Source: Folioceros fuciformis (taxonomy: Eukaryota). Taken from it: a stretch of DNA of 48,221 bases. The stretch is from positions 1-48,221 of the forward strand of contig JBNGIO010006088.1 in assembly GCA_049999805.1 (NCBI GenBank). The letters run 5' to 3'. Each line of letters begins with the position of its first letter. Within the stretch, counting starts at the first letter, position 1. Positions 22,577 to 34,800 of this stretch are shown here, piece by piece. The notes below the pieces were generated by a model. That model did no database searches and was not told the DNA's origin. It saw only the letters and a list, made by a program, of their open reading frames with translations. A program made the position numbers and the translations under genes.

Positions 22577-22700
22577 CGAGGGAAGACTTAAAGTAAGAAA
22601 GGAAGCCGAGAGGGGAGAGGGAAGACTTAAAGACTTAAAGTAAGAAAGGAAGCCGAGAGGGGAGAGGGAAGACTTAAAGTAAGAAAGGAGCCGAGATGGA
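22577..22700. repeat. Purine-rich tandem repeat, ~3 copies of ~40 bp
   Basis: Unit gagggaagacttaaagtaagaaaggaagccgagagggga repeated, with a small internal duplication. Confidence 0.8.
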
Positions 22701-24147
22701 AGTCGAAACAAAAATGAGGAAGGCAGGATGATGAACACTGGCGGACGACGAAACTATGAGAGAAATCGGGAAAGTCGTCATTGAAATCGGGTATGGCAGA
22801 AGAAATCGAGTACATGAAGTCACTAGAGAACTATAAAGTATTGCGATAATATATAATTAATCCCGCCCACTCGTATTCTAACCCCCATGTTTTGGGTGGA
22901 GAGCCGCAGTCATGATGAACTTGAACGAATTGATGGAAATACAAATCTTCATGTAAGATCTTTGCATCCAATCTCTTTAATACAGACCAACCTAGACCAC
23001 ATTTCCACGGTGTCCACACTCCATGGCAAGGATGGGAAAGATTCAGCCTTGGTTCAGTTCATGTATCTAATGGTCCTTTCCTGAGACAGCTCTGGATTTA
23101 GGATAAGCCCTAGGAGTGAATCATCTCTCTGCCAACGGCTAGGGGATTGGAATAATGCCTAAGGGTTGATCATTCCTCGCCCACCATTAATATAAAGCTG
23201 AACAAGCACACTGTTCTCGAAAAGAGAATCGTTCTTTGACCACCTGTCCATTCCACATGTGAGCTAATCCCTGTTAGGTGTCTTCACCCTGGTGGTGAAC
23301 TTAAGTAAGTCATGTATACAGGCTGCTCCGTGGTGACAAGGCCGGCCACTGGAGGCTGCTGGTACCCTTTGCTCGCTCTTGCTGCATGCTCGGGGCAGTC
23401 AGGAAGGTGAAAGAAGAGGAACTCCTTGGTAGACTTGCATCTCAGGTATAATAGAAATTACTTCAATTCTTTACAAGTGCCCGCTACCGTGCCTGTAGCT
23501 TTGATGGGGCCAGCCACCCTCTTGATCCCACAAGCAACCCCTCATCTCGTGGAAAATCGCAACCTTCTCCGGCAATAGACTGCATCGATCTGAGACATTG
23601 CTCTCAGATCGGATCAAAACGGCATCTACAAGGCCAGAAGTAGCAAAAGAAATCTGTGGGGCCAAAAGTAATTTACTCTCCAGCCCGACGCGATTTTTTA
23701 CAATAGGCTCAAGGCTGTCAAATCAGTACCAGCCTCCGAGGATTATACATAGCAACCCCCCTTCTCAGATAAGAATCCTCTCGATGAAACACCTTAGTTC
23801 GACATCACAGTACCGGGCAGCAGAAGTCACCTATTGTTATCTCCTTCAAAAATGGAAGGCATGAAGACCTTGCTCGCAGATAGTATTCCTCGGTCTGTTT
23901 CGTGGACTGGTTGGTCATCTTGTGAACTGAAACCGGTCTGTGACTAGGCCTTAAGACAGCACAGAAAAGCATTGCAGGATGGATATAGATCCAGCTTGCC
24001 TGACTGGCACCGCTAGCCTCCACCACCAAGTAGCAGACTCTTTGGGTGGAGAAAAACCTACGTGGCTTTCCAGAAAACTTTGTTGCATAGCTACATCAAA
24101 AAGCACGTCGGGTTCGAAAGTTTTGTATGCAGGACCAGCCATGTTCT

Positions 24148-24804
24148 CTAGGAGCGCCTGCAACCGGGACCAGTAGCGGCTTGCAGTCTGTTGACAGCAG
24201 CCCGGGCGTCCGGCAGCTGCGAGTTAATAAGTAGCGCCTTCTCATATGCCTCCAGCGCCTGGCCATGGAACCCGCTTCCCCGCCGCTCATAACAAGCTCC
24301 CAGCGCACACAGCAGCTTGTCATTCAGGGGCTGCAACTCAGCGGCCTCCTCCAGATCCGAAATAGCAGCCTGCAAGCTCTTTTTTCCCCGGGACTGGTCT
24401 AGCAACATCCCCGCACGCTTAGCCAGCGCATCCGCCTTGTCCTCCGGCGTAAGCGAGCGGACGACAGGCGTAGCTAGTGCCACGCTCATGTATCGCAACG
24501 CTGCTGTTTGCTGGCCAAGCTGCTCCAAAGCGAGGCTCTTGACGATGTAACTCGCAGCGTCCTTGGGATCTAGAGAGATGGCCTTGTCTGCCTCCTTGAT
24601 GGCCTCCCTGTATGCCTTGCGGTTTCCGTCTCCCGCCTTGGCCTGTGACAGCAGCTGTGCTGCCTTCACGAAGTGCCGGCCGGCGCGGGATCTGGCGCTG
24701 CCTTTGGCCCTGGCTCGCATTGTCAAGCTTCTGCTCAGGATCTTGGAGGCCCATAACACGATCAATCCCAGCACAAGCACTACCCCCACTGCCCAGATCT
24801 CCAT
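24148..24804 (-). CDS. TPR-repeat protein with N-terminal signal-anchor/transmembrane helix, single exon
   Basis: 218-aa ORF; hydrophobic N-terminus IWAVGVVLVLGLIVLWA followed by basic residues; TPR-like segments EADKAISLDPKDAASY, AISDLEEAAELQP, ALEAYEKALLIN. Confidence 0.8.
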   Translation of the reverse strand: MEIWAVGVVLVLGLIVLWASKILSRSLTMRARAKGSARSRAGRHFVKAAQLLSQAKAGDGNRKAYREAIKEADKAISLDPKDAASYIVKSLALEQLGQQTAALRYMSVALATPVVRSLTPEDKADALAKRAGMLLDQSRGKKSLQAAISDLEEAAELQPLNDKLLCALGACYERRGSGFHGQALEAYEKALLINSQLPDARAAVNRLQAATGPGCRRS

Positions 24805-25105
24805 CGCGCCCGCGTTAACCCTTCAGTTACGACTCAGATGGTGCGGCCAGTCGGTCTCCAAAGTATAGTCTATAATGGCTCGAAGTCACGGGGAGATATT
24901 AGGGCTTGATGGTGCGCACATTCTCTTGGACACTGCTCCTAGCACTGGCCAAGCCCATCTGTCCTGAGGAAGCGTGGATGCTGAATTGTCCCGGAAGCAC
25001 GATGTAGGACAGGCTGTTTTGTAGGCAATCGAAAACCTCGGAACATGGCTGGATGGGTGTTGTTTTCACAGGAGGCACTGATCATTGGAAGTTGGCGCGG
25101 AAGCA

Positions 25106-25380
25106 AGAAGTCCTGATCATGGGAGTTGGCTTGGAATCAGATGTGCTGGTAATGAGAGTTGGCTTGGAATCAGAAGTGCTGAACCTGGGAGTTGGTTGGA
25201 ACAAGATGTGCCGATCATGGGAGTTGAGTTGGCTTGGAGTCAGGTTTGCTGAACCTAGGAGTTGGTTGGAGACAGATGTGCTGATCATGGGAGCCAGGGA
25301 GTTGTATTGGATTGGAATCATGGGTAGCTGAGTTGGCTTGGAGACAGATGTGCTGATCATGGGAGTTCGGTTGGCTTGGA
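25106..25380. repeat. Degenerate ~33-bp minisatellite (~7 units)
   Basis: Approximate consensus agatgtgctgatcatgggagttggcttggaatc recurs in tandem. Confidence 0.8.
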
Positions 25381-25693
25381 TGTGCGCACGAGCTCAGGTC
25401 GTGGTCCAGTATCTTCGTTATTCCATACCAAAGTACTTTGGAAGACTTTTTGCACAGGTCTACATTTATTGTTCCCAAAAGCACTGGACATGAAGCTGGA
25501 GAGAACACCTGAGGTCGCGGCCCACCCTCCACAACCCACGACCAAACCATATTGTATGAGGATGGATTGCACATGCAAAAGCCCAACTTCCACCGTCATC
25601 AAGGAATGATACCCGCCCTCATATATAACGAGGCAAATGACAATGGAGGCCTCCTCGCGTTTAGGAAAGTCAATATTGTCATGCTGCAATAAT

Positions 25694-25861
25694 TCGAACA
25701 CTAGTCGATATCAGATGAAACACGTTGCCAGACCTCGAACACTAGTCGATATCAGATGAAACACGTTGCCAGACCAACAGAGGGGACGTCGTTGCCAGAC
25801 CAACAGAGGGGACGTCGTTGCCAGACCAACAGAGGGGATGTCGTCGGACCAACAGAGGGGA
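25694..25861. repeat. Compound tandem repeat: 2 x ~42 bp followed by ~4 x 23-26 bp units
   Basis: tcgaacactagtcgatatcagatgaaacacgttgccagacc x2, then aacagaggggacgtcgttgccagacc-type units. Confidence 0.85.
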
Positions 25862-26054
25862 AGGGCGCTTCTGCAAGAAAATAAAAACTCCACACCTGCC
25901 TTGTTCATTCGCTTGTACCCAAGAACATTCAGGCATATACTCGCTTACACATGTCCACTTTCCAATCCCCCTAGTTCCTCTGCATACACTCCGTGGAACC
26001 TGAAAAGATATACATGGTATACAAAGTCCTGACATCTTCCTTATTCATGACTTA

Positions 26055-26164
26055 TTCATTACAAAATCCTTTGCATGTAACTCTTTCATAATTCATGTGA
26101 CAATAACGAGTTCATTACAAAATTCTTTGCATGTAACTCTTTCATAATTCATGTGACAATAACG
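26055..26164. repeat. Tandem duplication, 2 x ~56 bp
   Basis: ttcattacaaaat(c/t)ctttgcatgtaactctttcataattcatgtgacaataacg twice. Confidence 0.85.
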
Positions 26165-27619
26165 GGTACTGGAGAGATGAGACATCAACACCACCACTGC
26201 CCATGGTGAGGGCTAGGATCTCCAAGTTTTTTTGTCTGAAAGTCCCGGTTTCTCAGGAAACGATCGAACACTAAGATGGCTTTGACCCCTTGACATCCAA
26301 TTGTATTTTGCATGGAGTTGGAATTAGCACCCTCGATACTGTGGAGGCAATCAGCAAGATCAAAATTGCCACCCTGAACGAAACACAAAAAAATCCTGCT
26401 CACCTTCTGATGTCGTTGAAACAAGCACCCACATGACAGTAATCAAATAAGGCAGGCTCAGTCATTTAGCGTGAAGGAAACATCGGAGATACTGAAAGCT
26501 CACACGAACCTACAACTGATGGTGGAGAGTTGTGAATGGTTCCAACCGAATAAGGTGGAACAGGAAAATGTCCATACTCGAATGATGCGATCCGTGAACA
26601 AAACTGTAGCACATTGAATGGTTTCTAAGGTGATGCGGGCAAACGGAAGATGCGGCAAGAAGCCAAAACTCCTTCCTGGAAAGCTCTCAAACATAAGATA
26701 AAGAACAGAGAGTGCATCTGCCATGACCAACGCATAAGTGCAAGGCCCACCACTCAGCCCATTAAAATAGACGAGCTCTCCCAGACATGGATGACTTCGG
26801 ATACCTGGATTCCTCCTCAGAAACCAGAGAGAAGTTAGAAAATACCACATCAACAGCCCCCAGTCTGAATGCTCACGTCAAGTTGACAGGATGCTTGATT
26901 GAAGGGCTACCTCGAACCTCTTCTCGTCCATTGCACCAATGCCCTTGCTGAAAGTGCGATATAAGGATTGACTTGACAGATCGCGCTTTTCAGGTGTGGA
27001 GTAAGGTAAGGCCCATGAAAACGCAGGAGACTGCAACTGCATCAGAACGTTGTGGCATCTTCGAGCCACAGTGTATGAGTCTCATCAGCTACTCAAAGTT
27101 CCTTCTGTCTTTGCTCCGCCATTGCTCTTTCGATCGCTCAGCAAGGCCAACTGCCCTCCGCTTGTCAACAGACAAAAAACTCCTCTCCACTCTTGGGCCT
27201 ACATCTACTTGAGTAGACCTCGTTCCCGAGCACAATATTCGTGGCAGCAAAATCTTATGCATGCTTTTGTGAGGTGAAATTGAAAGAAAGAGGTAGACTC
27301 AGGTCCCCAACGCGCTGCATTTCAAACGAAATCGCGTTCCGTGGACAGTCTTCACCTGAAGGGTAACAAAGAGACACTGTTCTGGGACAAACCGGGGTCG
27401 GATTCCTGGGTGGAGTAAGACTTGAGCCGTAGGGACTCGGCGATTCCATGTTTGCCTCTTGCGCAAGTTGGAAGTCTGCCTTTTCCGGTACTGACGCAGC
27501 TTGATAATGTGGGCGATTAGGTTTTCATGTGCTGGCCACATCATCATCGGTTCTCTCTCTTGATAGGAGGTCTTGGACGATGTTGTGGCAGGCTGTCTCT
27601 CCCATAGAGCTGGTCGAGA

Positions 27620-28897
27620 ATGGATGGGGAAATGGTACCGGAGGCCTCGGAGGATTGCAGAGCCCGCGATCTGCCCTTCACCTCCCTTGATGTGGTCCGG
27701 CGGCTAGCCAATCTAGCGCTTGACAGCGGGAAGCGCAGTCGTGCCAAGGTTGCGAAACCTTTGTCTCCGTCCGCTTGCTTCTCTGACTCTGATGGAGCGC
27801 CACACTCTGGCGCAGTGTGCTCGACAATTGGAGCTCGTCTGGACGAGAGGGTGTGGGGTCTGTTGCCGGAGCATCTGGTAGATTGTATCTTGGCGTGGCT
27901 GCCTTTGGATGCCTTCTTCCGCTTCAGGTGTGTGTGCAGAAGATGGAACTCCTTGATGCACTCCAAACCCTACTTGGACTCGCTGTGCAGAGTTCCGTCT
28001 CAGGGGCTTTACATCCTCATGTTCACAGGCTTCTCCCAGCATCAAGTGGGTGCAGCATACGATCCAGGTTCCAACACTTGGCATGGAATACCTTTCTCCA
28101 ATTTTCTGTCATATCCCAGCGCTGGCCCAGTGAATGTACTCGCAACCTCAGGAGGCTTGGTGTGTCTGCAAGGATTGGGAACCCAGCTGCACACTCTGTT
28201 TGTGTCGAATCCGATGCGCCGGGAGCAACGGAAGCTACCGCCAATGCTCTACATGAAGTCACCTTACGTACTGGGCATGGTGATGCAAAGAGATAAGGGC
28301 GCTTATAAAATAGTTGTGGCCCAGGACGGTGATTTCGTGACGTCACAGGTTTACGACTCAGAAACCAACTTCTGGTCCATGACCGGCACTCTCCACCGAC
28401 GAAGTGCTCTTGTTTGCGGAGGGGCATTCCTGAACGGCTTTCTGTATTGCACAACCTATGGTCCGCACGGCATCGTGGCTTTCAATCTAGAAGCGGGGTC
28501 ATGGCACGACACGGAGATCCCTCTTCCTCCTTCCCTCACGACTTGTGATCTGTTGGAGCGACGGGGGAGCCTGATCATGGTTGGCGGGATAGAGAAGTTC
28601 GGAATGCTGGAAAGCGTTCACGTGTGGGAGTTGGACCTGGTTCAGAGAACGTGTTCGGAGCTACGGAGGATGCCTGAGGAGTATTTCAAGATGCTCTTTC
28701 AGTCGGCAGCCTTCCACTTCCTCTGCGTGGGGAAGGACGATGTCATCTGCTTTCACGAGACGCATTCGCGGAACACTCTCATGTACGATTTTGTGAAGGA
28801 TCTCTGGCAGTGGTTACCCAGCTGCACAATTCAGAACATGGAATCCACCGGGGTACTGGGCCTTGCATTCGAGCCCAGGCTGGATTCCTTGGCTTAA
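27620..28897 (+). CDS. F-box protein with kelch/F-box-associated beta-propeller, single exon
   Basis: 425-aa ORF; F-box VWGLLPEHLVDCILAWLPLDAFFRFRCVCRRWN; propeller segments ATSGGLVC, VSNPM, QVYDSETNFW; C-terminal FEPRL. Confidence 0.92.
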   Translation: MDGEMVPEASEDCRARDLPFTSLDVVRRLANLALDSGKRSRAKVAKPLSPSACFSDSDGAPHSGAVCSTIGARLDERVWGLLPEHLVDCILAWLPLDAFFRFRCVCRRWNSLMHSKPYLDSLCRVPSQGLYILMFTGFSQHQVGAAYDPGSNTWHGIPFSNFLSYPSAGPVNVLATSGGLVCLQGLGTQLHTLFVSNPMRREQRKLPPMLYMKSPYVLGMVMQRDKGAYKIVVAQDGDFVTSQVYDSETNFWSMTGTLHRRSALVCGGAFLNGFLYCTTYGPHGIVAFNLEAGSWHDTEIPLPPSLTTCDLLERRGSLIMVGGIEKFGMLESVHVWELDLVQRTCSELRRMPEEYFKMLFQSAAFHFLCVGKDDVICFHETHSRNTLMYDFVKDLWQWLPSCTIQNMESTGVLGLAFEPRLDSLA

Positions 28898-29299
28898 TGA
28901 CCAAAGTAGCTTTTCTCTTCTCTCTCGCCTCCGTAGTACAGCAAGTCCACAGTAAAGCTGGCCAGGCGATGGTGTCCCTGTTCCTCCCGGGCCGCCTCCT
29001 CGGACGTGGCCTTATCCAAAAGTGGATAGCTCTTCCCACACACAACTTCCCTTGGGAATATCCCACGATTCCTCCTCATCCTCACCCAAAGGCATCGGGT
29101 TTGCTACAGTGTCCCGGAGGACCCGAGGCAGGCCTGGTTACCAGGTGAGGTCCGTCCCTTCTCCTGCTGCTATTCCACTGGTTACGTAACTACAGCCATA
29201 TGCCACCGCACATTTTAACTAACGCCACCATGTTAGGCGTCAGTTATGTTAGGCGTTAGTTGGCCTCTGCGATTTCATTCTAGGAGCATTAGGTAATTT

Positions 29300-29420
29300 T
29301 TGCAGGAAGTAGTTTTTGATAATGATATTTGAAGGGGCCAATACTTTTTTTATTTTTGACCTGTTCAGGGTTTTTTTTATTATTGAAAAAAAAGATAGAA
29401 AGTATTTCATTCCTCATATT
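29300..29420. repeat. Dispersed degenerate fragment of the same family as the 15.1-15.9 kb foldback
   Basis: agtagtttttgataatgatatttgaaggggccaatactttttt and attgaaaaaaaagatagaaagt resemble 15325-15370 and 15558-15578. Confidence 0.5.
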
Positions 29421-29863
29421 GAACCTAAAAATAAAGTTAGAAATGTTTGAGTTGGAAAGTCAAGAATAATAAATATAAATATTATTTAATTTCTCATCAA
29501 GAAGATCGAAGTAACAACATACTATTATCGAAGTCTCACTGACTTTCATCTATATATGTGTGCAACTAGGAATGGCTTTGCACCTACTTCTTTGGGCCTT
29601 TGGAAGTGGCTGGTATGCATTTCTTTGTGTTTTTTCTTGAAGTATGCAAGTTTTTTGGAACTTGCTTCCTAGTAGTGTTTGAATCTTAGATTGGTGATGA
29701 ACATGGAGATGTCTTTTTATTGTGTCACTTGTTGTTGCTTCGATATTTTCTGAATGACATTGTACCTAATTGTTGTGTTTGTCAATTGCAGTCTTACATC
29801 ATATTGATCATATGAGAGTTGTGTATGTGTTGATATAATTGTTGTTTGAACTCTCCTTTCCAG

Positions 29864-30674
29864 GAAGTATGACACTAGAACTTGTGTAAGGCTTATGCGA
29901 AACCGGCAAGCAAGCATGGCAACGGAGATGATGGATGAAGATCTAGATCTTGTTTTTGGGCTACATGGCCTTATGATCAAGGATCGTACCAATGAGCAAG
30001 CTTCATGTGAGGACAAGTTTCAGCGATTGCTTGAAGTTCTCGGAAAAGGAAAAGTGGTTACAATCAATATAGCAAGCGACAATGGACCATCTCAGCGTCC
30101 ACAAGACATTGCTCGAGGTAACTTGAAATTAGCATCAAGGCTCACTCCTCATTAGATTGTGTGGAAATTAATGTCAAATCTACTTCCTTGCATGTTGGTG
30201 TGGGTATACTGTTTGGTGTGAAACTTATTGTTTGATGCAAATGTTGTATCTAGGATTTGAGTCCAAAGCTTTTTGGAATAGGCTTTTGCAGTTGTGAAAT
30301 TCTACATGCCTACTCTCTCATACTCAAATTCTACCTACAATATGACGAGTTTTGTGTTTCTTTATACAGGTGCAAAAGCCAAAGGAAAGAAGCCATTGAA
30401 GACCCAAGACGTTGAGCAATTGCTTGTCCCAGAGCCCAAAGAAGATGTAGCTGAGTCGAGCATGAAGGGGAAACAATCAAGCAAATCACGCAAGAAGAAG
30501 AGGAGAAGAATAGACAACCCTTCTTTGGTAGATTATGAGGATCATGCTAGTTGTTGTATTCCTCGTATGTGTGGTAATGGTAAGAGCTTCATTCATCTCA
30601 ATTGTGTGTACAAACTTTTTAGGCTTCTGAAGCAAAGAAGAACCAAGACTGGCGAAAACGACGACGCAACTTAG
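29864..30674 (+). pseudogene. Orphan two-exon coding remnant in an AT-rich, TE-like tract
   Basis: Acceptor ttccag|29864, donor 30117|gtaac and acceptor tacag|30370 join two ORFs in frame (...QDIAR|GAKAKGKK...ENDDAT*). No recognisable domain. Confidence 0.35.
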
Positions 30675-31091
30675 CACTTTTCCTACTTGTAGTAGTTGTG
30701 TTCGGTGTTATTGGTAACTATGTTTGTTTTAATCAGAGTGCTTTGAAGTACATTTAAACGTGTACATATTTCTATTTGGAATATATATTGAATGATCTTT
30801 GGAGCATGAAGTTAAATATTTTTATCATACTATCGGTATATTTAAAATATGTTGAATGAATGCCAACATATAATTTGATTCTCGACACATCATAAAATTT
30901 ATTTATTTTTGTTATATGTTGTGTTCAAGTTTAATACAGGCCATAAGTTATAATCCCTCACAAATCAATTATAAAACCTTTGATAGAAGTAATATTAACC
31001 TCTAATTATCTCAATTGACTCCATGGGGTCAAGTTATATTGTACTACACTTTTTTTTGTTTTGTTTTGTGGATTTAGGGTTGAAAAATAAG

Positions 31092-31110
31092 CCTAAACCC
31101 TAAACCCTAA
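31092..31110. repeat. Interstitial plant telomere-type repeat (CCCTAAA)n / telo-box
   Basis: cctaaaccctaaaccctaa. Confidence 0.6.
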
Positions 31111-31846
31111 CTTTGAGTATTTTTATGGATATTATTGATTGAATTAGATAATTTATCTCATTGAAACGTACCTTGAAATCTGTCCTTCATGGACTACACT
31201 ATCATTCTTCTCCTTCCTCTGGCATAACGTGCTGAAGTGGGAAGGAAGAGGACGAATGCTGAGGAATCCTCTGCACTATGTTGTTTTGTCCCCGGTCCCC
31301 GTGGTGGCTTGGGTCTCATGTTGCTGAAAAGGATGATGAATACTCAGTTTTTGAAAGGGGATGCTTGGCCATCCTGAATGTGAACATTTGGGTCTAATCC
31401 TGACAGAGAAGCAGGCAAGCCCAGCGGGCTCTCTACAGGCATCTTTGGGCCTGTTAAGCATACTACATATGCATGTCACAGTGTGGCACAAGACTGTGTT
31501 GGCCAAGGATTGCGGCGTCCTGTACAAGCCGAGACGAGATGATGGAATCCTAGGAGATACCCCGTGCCCTTCACTACAGAACCTTTCATCTTTGAAGATA
31601 TCTACTGTGTTGAAAGTCTTTGAGTTCATCCACACACACTTACTGATATATGAGTGCCAGCTCTGAACTACTGAATCCAGTCGCTTGTGATTCTTGCTCG
31701 GCCTGAATTATCTTCCTGTTGCACAACTCGCATGTGCTTTCTAACAGTGAAGTGGTCATGAACAGTCACTCGCAATATCTAGGCTTCTTGCCGCAATCTT
31801 GCAGAGTTTTCTGTGCATCTCATCTTCGGAAAGCGGGTCCTGTAAG

Positions 31847-34800
31847 ATGGCCACAGTGTGGCCACCCAATTCGTTGTGCACCGATCAGCGTGGTATTTGT
31901 ACAGGGATTTTACGAGGAGCTCCCGCTCCCGCTCACCTCGCCGCATGGAGGCAACCGCTAGTATACTGCACAGCATCCAGCTGCAGCAGTGTAGGTAATC
32001 CAGCAATTTCTGCAGAATGTGTGGATGGGGGAGGACTGTCCAGCTATGGTAGACACCAGGACCAGGGACAGGAGCGGTTGTGGCGTCAATTTTTTCTGGA
32101 CCCTACCATGTGGTGGGACAACAGAGAAGATAAGAGGAGCTTCCGATCGCCTGACTTTCGGCACAAGGTGTCCGGCGAGGTCCTCTGGTTAAACAACATG
32201 TTCAAGCCAGCATGGGTGAATGAGCAGCTTGTTTCTTGGGATAAGCGGATGGGTCTTCGGGACGACCCTTGCAATGTGAGTACGTTATGTGAGCAAGGGA
32301 AGCTTATTGAGGCCTATGTAGCCCTGGAATCTCTGGCGCAGGCAGACTGCCCTATTCCTCAGTCCTTGTTGTATACTGTGCTAAAAGAATGTGCAGCTGA
32401 ACAGGATCTGGTTGTGGGGCGACGAGTTCATGATCTTTGTGTCAAACTTGGGTACGAGACAAACACATACTTCGGGAACCATATCTTGCGCATGTATGCG
32501 GGTGCAGGTAGGCTACAGGAGGCCATGGATGTGTTCACCAAGGTGAGGAAACCAGATGCTTTCATGTGGAGTTCCATAATTTCTGCACATGCTAAACATG
32601 GGAAACCGCAAGAGGCTATAAAATTGTACAATGATATGCGTAGCTCAGGTATGAAGGCGGATGCGCATGTCTTCGTAGCTGCCCTTCAGGGTTGTGCACT
32701 TGCGGCGGACTTGGAATCTGGCAGGAAAGTACACTGTGACGTGTTGCATAGTGGCATTCCTCCTAACTTGTTCGTTGGGAACTGCCTGGTGGATATGTAC
32801 GCAAAATGTGGCAAACTGGAAGATGCTCGTCGGGTTTTTGATAGCCTGGCCACCAAGAATGTGGTGACAGCTAATACTCTGATTGCTGGGTATGCGAAAT
32901 GTGGGAAACTGGAAGATGCCCGCCGGGTTTTTGATAGCTTGGCCACAAAGACTGTGGTGACATGGAATGCCCTGATTGCTGGGTATGCGAAATGTGGAGC
33001 ACTAGACGAGGCACGCCATCTTTTTGACAGTTTCTCCACGAAGGATGTGGTGACATGGACAGCCCTGATTGCCGGGTATGCCCAACGAGGGTTCGCCCAA
33101 GACGCTCTTGATCTGTATGGACTAATGGAGGAGGAGGGCCTGATGGTTGCTGACCATGTCACTTTTGCTTGCCTTTTGAATGCCTGTGCTAGTATTGGTG
33201 CCTTACAGAAGGGCAGGCAGCTGCACTCACAGATTGTGGAAAAAGGACTGCAAGAAAACGTACTGCTTGGCAACTGCCTGATTGACATGTATGCAAAGTG
33301 TGGGGAACTGAGAGATGCACAGGAGGTTTTTGACAGCTTGTCCACAAAGGATGTCGTGACATGGAATGCCCTTATAACTGGGTATGCACAAGAAGGGCTC
33401 AGCCAAGAGGCTCTTGCTCTTTGTCGGCAGATGGAAGAGGAGGGCCTGGTTGTGGCGGATCATGTTACTTTTGCTTGCCTTCTGAAGGCCTGTGGAAGCA
33501 CGGTCGCTTTACAGGAGGGCAGGCGGCTGCACTCACAAATAGTGGAAAGAGGTCTGCTAGACAACATACTTGTCGGCACGTGCCTGGTGGACATGTATGC
33601 AAAATGTGGTGAACTGGAAGATGCACGGAAGGTTTTTGATAGCTTGGCCACAAAAAATGCGGTGACATGGACAGCCCTCATAACTGGATACGCAAAATGT
33701 GGAAACTTAGAATGTGCACGTGAGGTTTTTGACAGCTTGCCCACAAAGAACGTGGTGACATGGAACGCCCTGATTGCAGGGTATGTACAGCAAGAGCGTA
33801 GTCAGGAGGCGCTTGTTCTTTATGGACAAATGGAGCAGGAGGGCCTTGTGGTGGCTGATCGTGTCACTTTTGCTTGCCTTCTGAAGGCCTGTGGCAGTGC
33901 TGGTGCCTTGCAGAAGGGCAGGCAGCTCCACTCACAGATTGTGGAAAGAGGACTGCTAGATAACATACTGGGCACCTGCCTGCTAGACATGTATCCAAAA
34001 TGTGGCGAACTTGACGAGGCACGCCGGGTGTTTGATAGCTTGGCTACAAAGGATGTGGCGACGTGGAATGCCTTGATATCTGGGTTCGGTGCTAGTGATG
34101 AAAGTCACAAGGCTCTAGCTTGTTTCGAGGAAATGTTAGTAGCCGGTATCCAGCCTAATGAGTCCAGTTTTACTTGCGTTTTAGTAGCATGCAGTCATGC
34201 GGGACTGGTGAATGAGGGTCGCAAGCACTTCAGCTCTATGGCTGAACAGCATGGCATGAAACCTAATATTGGGCATTACATTTGCATGATTGATCTTCTT
34301 GGGCGAGCAGGCAATCTAGATGAGGCAGAGAACATGCTGTTATCATGTGAGGGCCAAAGTAATGTTGTGGGGTTGAGGTCGTTGTTATATGCGTGTAAGA
34401 TTCATGGAGATGTAGAGAGGGCAGCGTGGTGCTTTGAAAGGCTCGTAAGGCTTGAGCCTCAGCAGGCATCCGCGTATGTGCTGATGGCAAATGCATATGC
34501 AGATGCAGGTATGTGGACCGATGTAGAGAGAATTGAAACACAGAGAACGGCAGCAGGAGCTAAGAAGAAACCTGCAGTAGCGGGCATTGAGGTGAACCAG
34601 CAGGTGCATGAATTTGTGGTTGGAGGAAACAGAAATGATATAGCTCTCGAAGTAGACAGCATGAATGCACGTCTCAAACAGGAAGGGGGCCACGTACCTC
34701 ACACAAACTTGGTGTTGAAGCCAGTATCTGAGAAGGAAAAAGAAGATGCGCTTTGTGGGCATGCTGAAAAGCTTGCTCTGGCGTACGGTCTCTTGAACAC

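Noticed and set aside
22800-24140. Short ORFs between the CMT and TPR genes
   Set aside because: No homology cues or coherent exon structure.
25106-25861. Repeat arrays as possible CRISPR
   Set aside because: Eukaryotic context, no unique spacers and no cas genes; these are simple tandem repeats.
31333-31403. Possible C/D box snoRNA (ATGATGA...CTGA...CTGA)
   Set aside because: No terminal stem, and I could not identify an rRNA-complementary guide; would need snoscan or Rfam.
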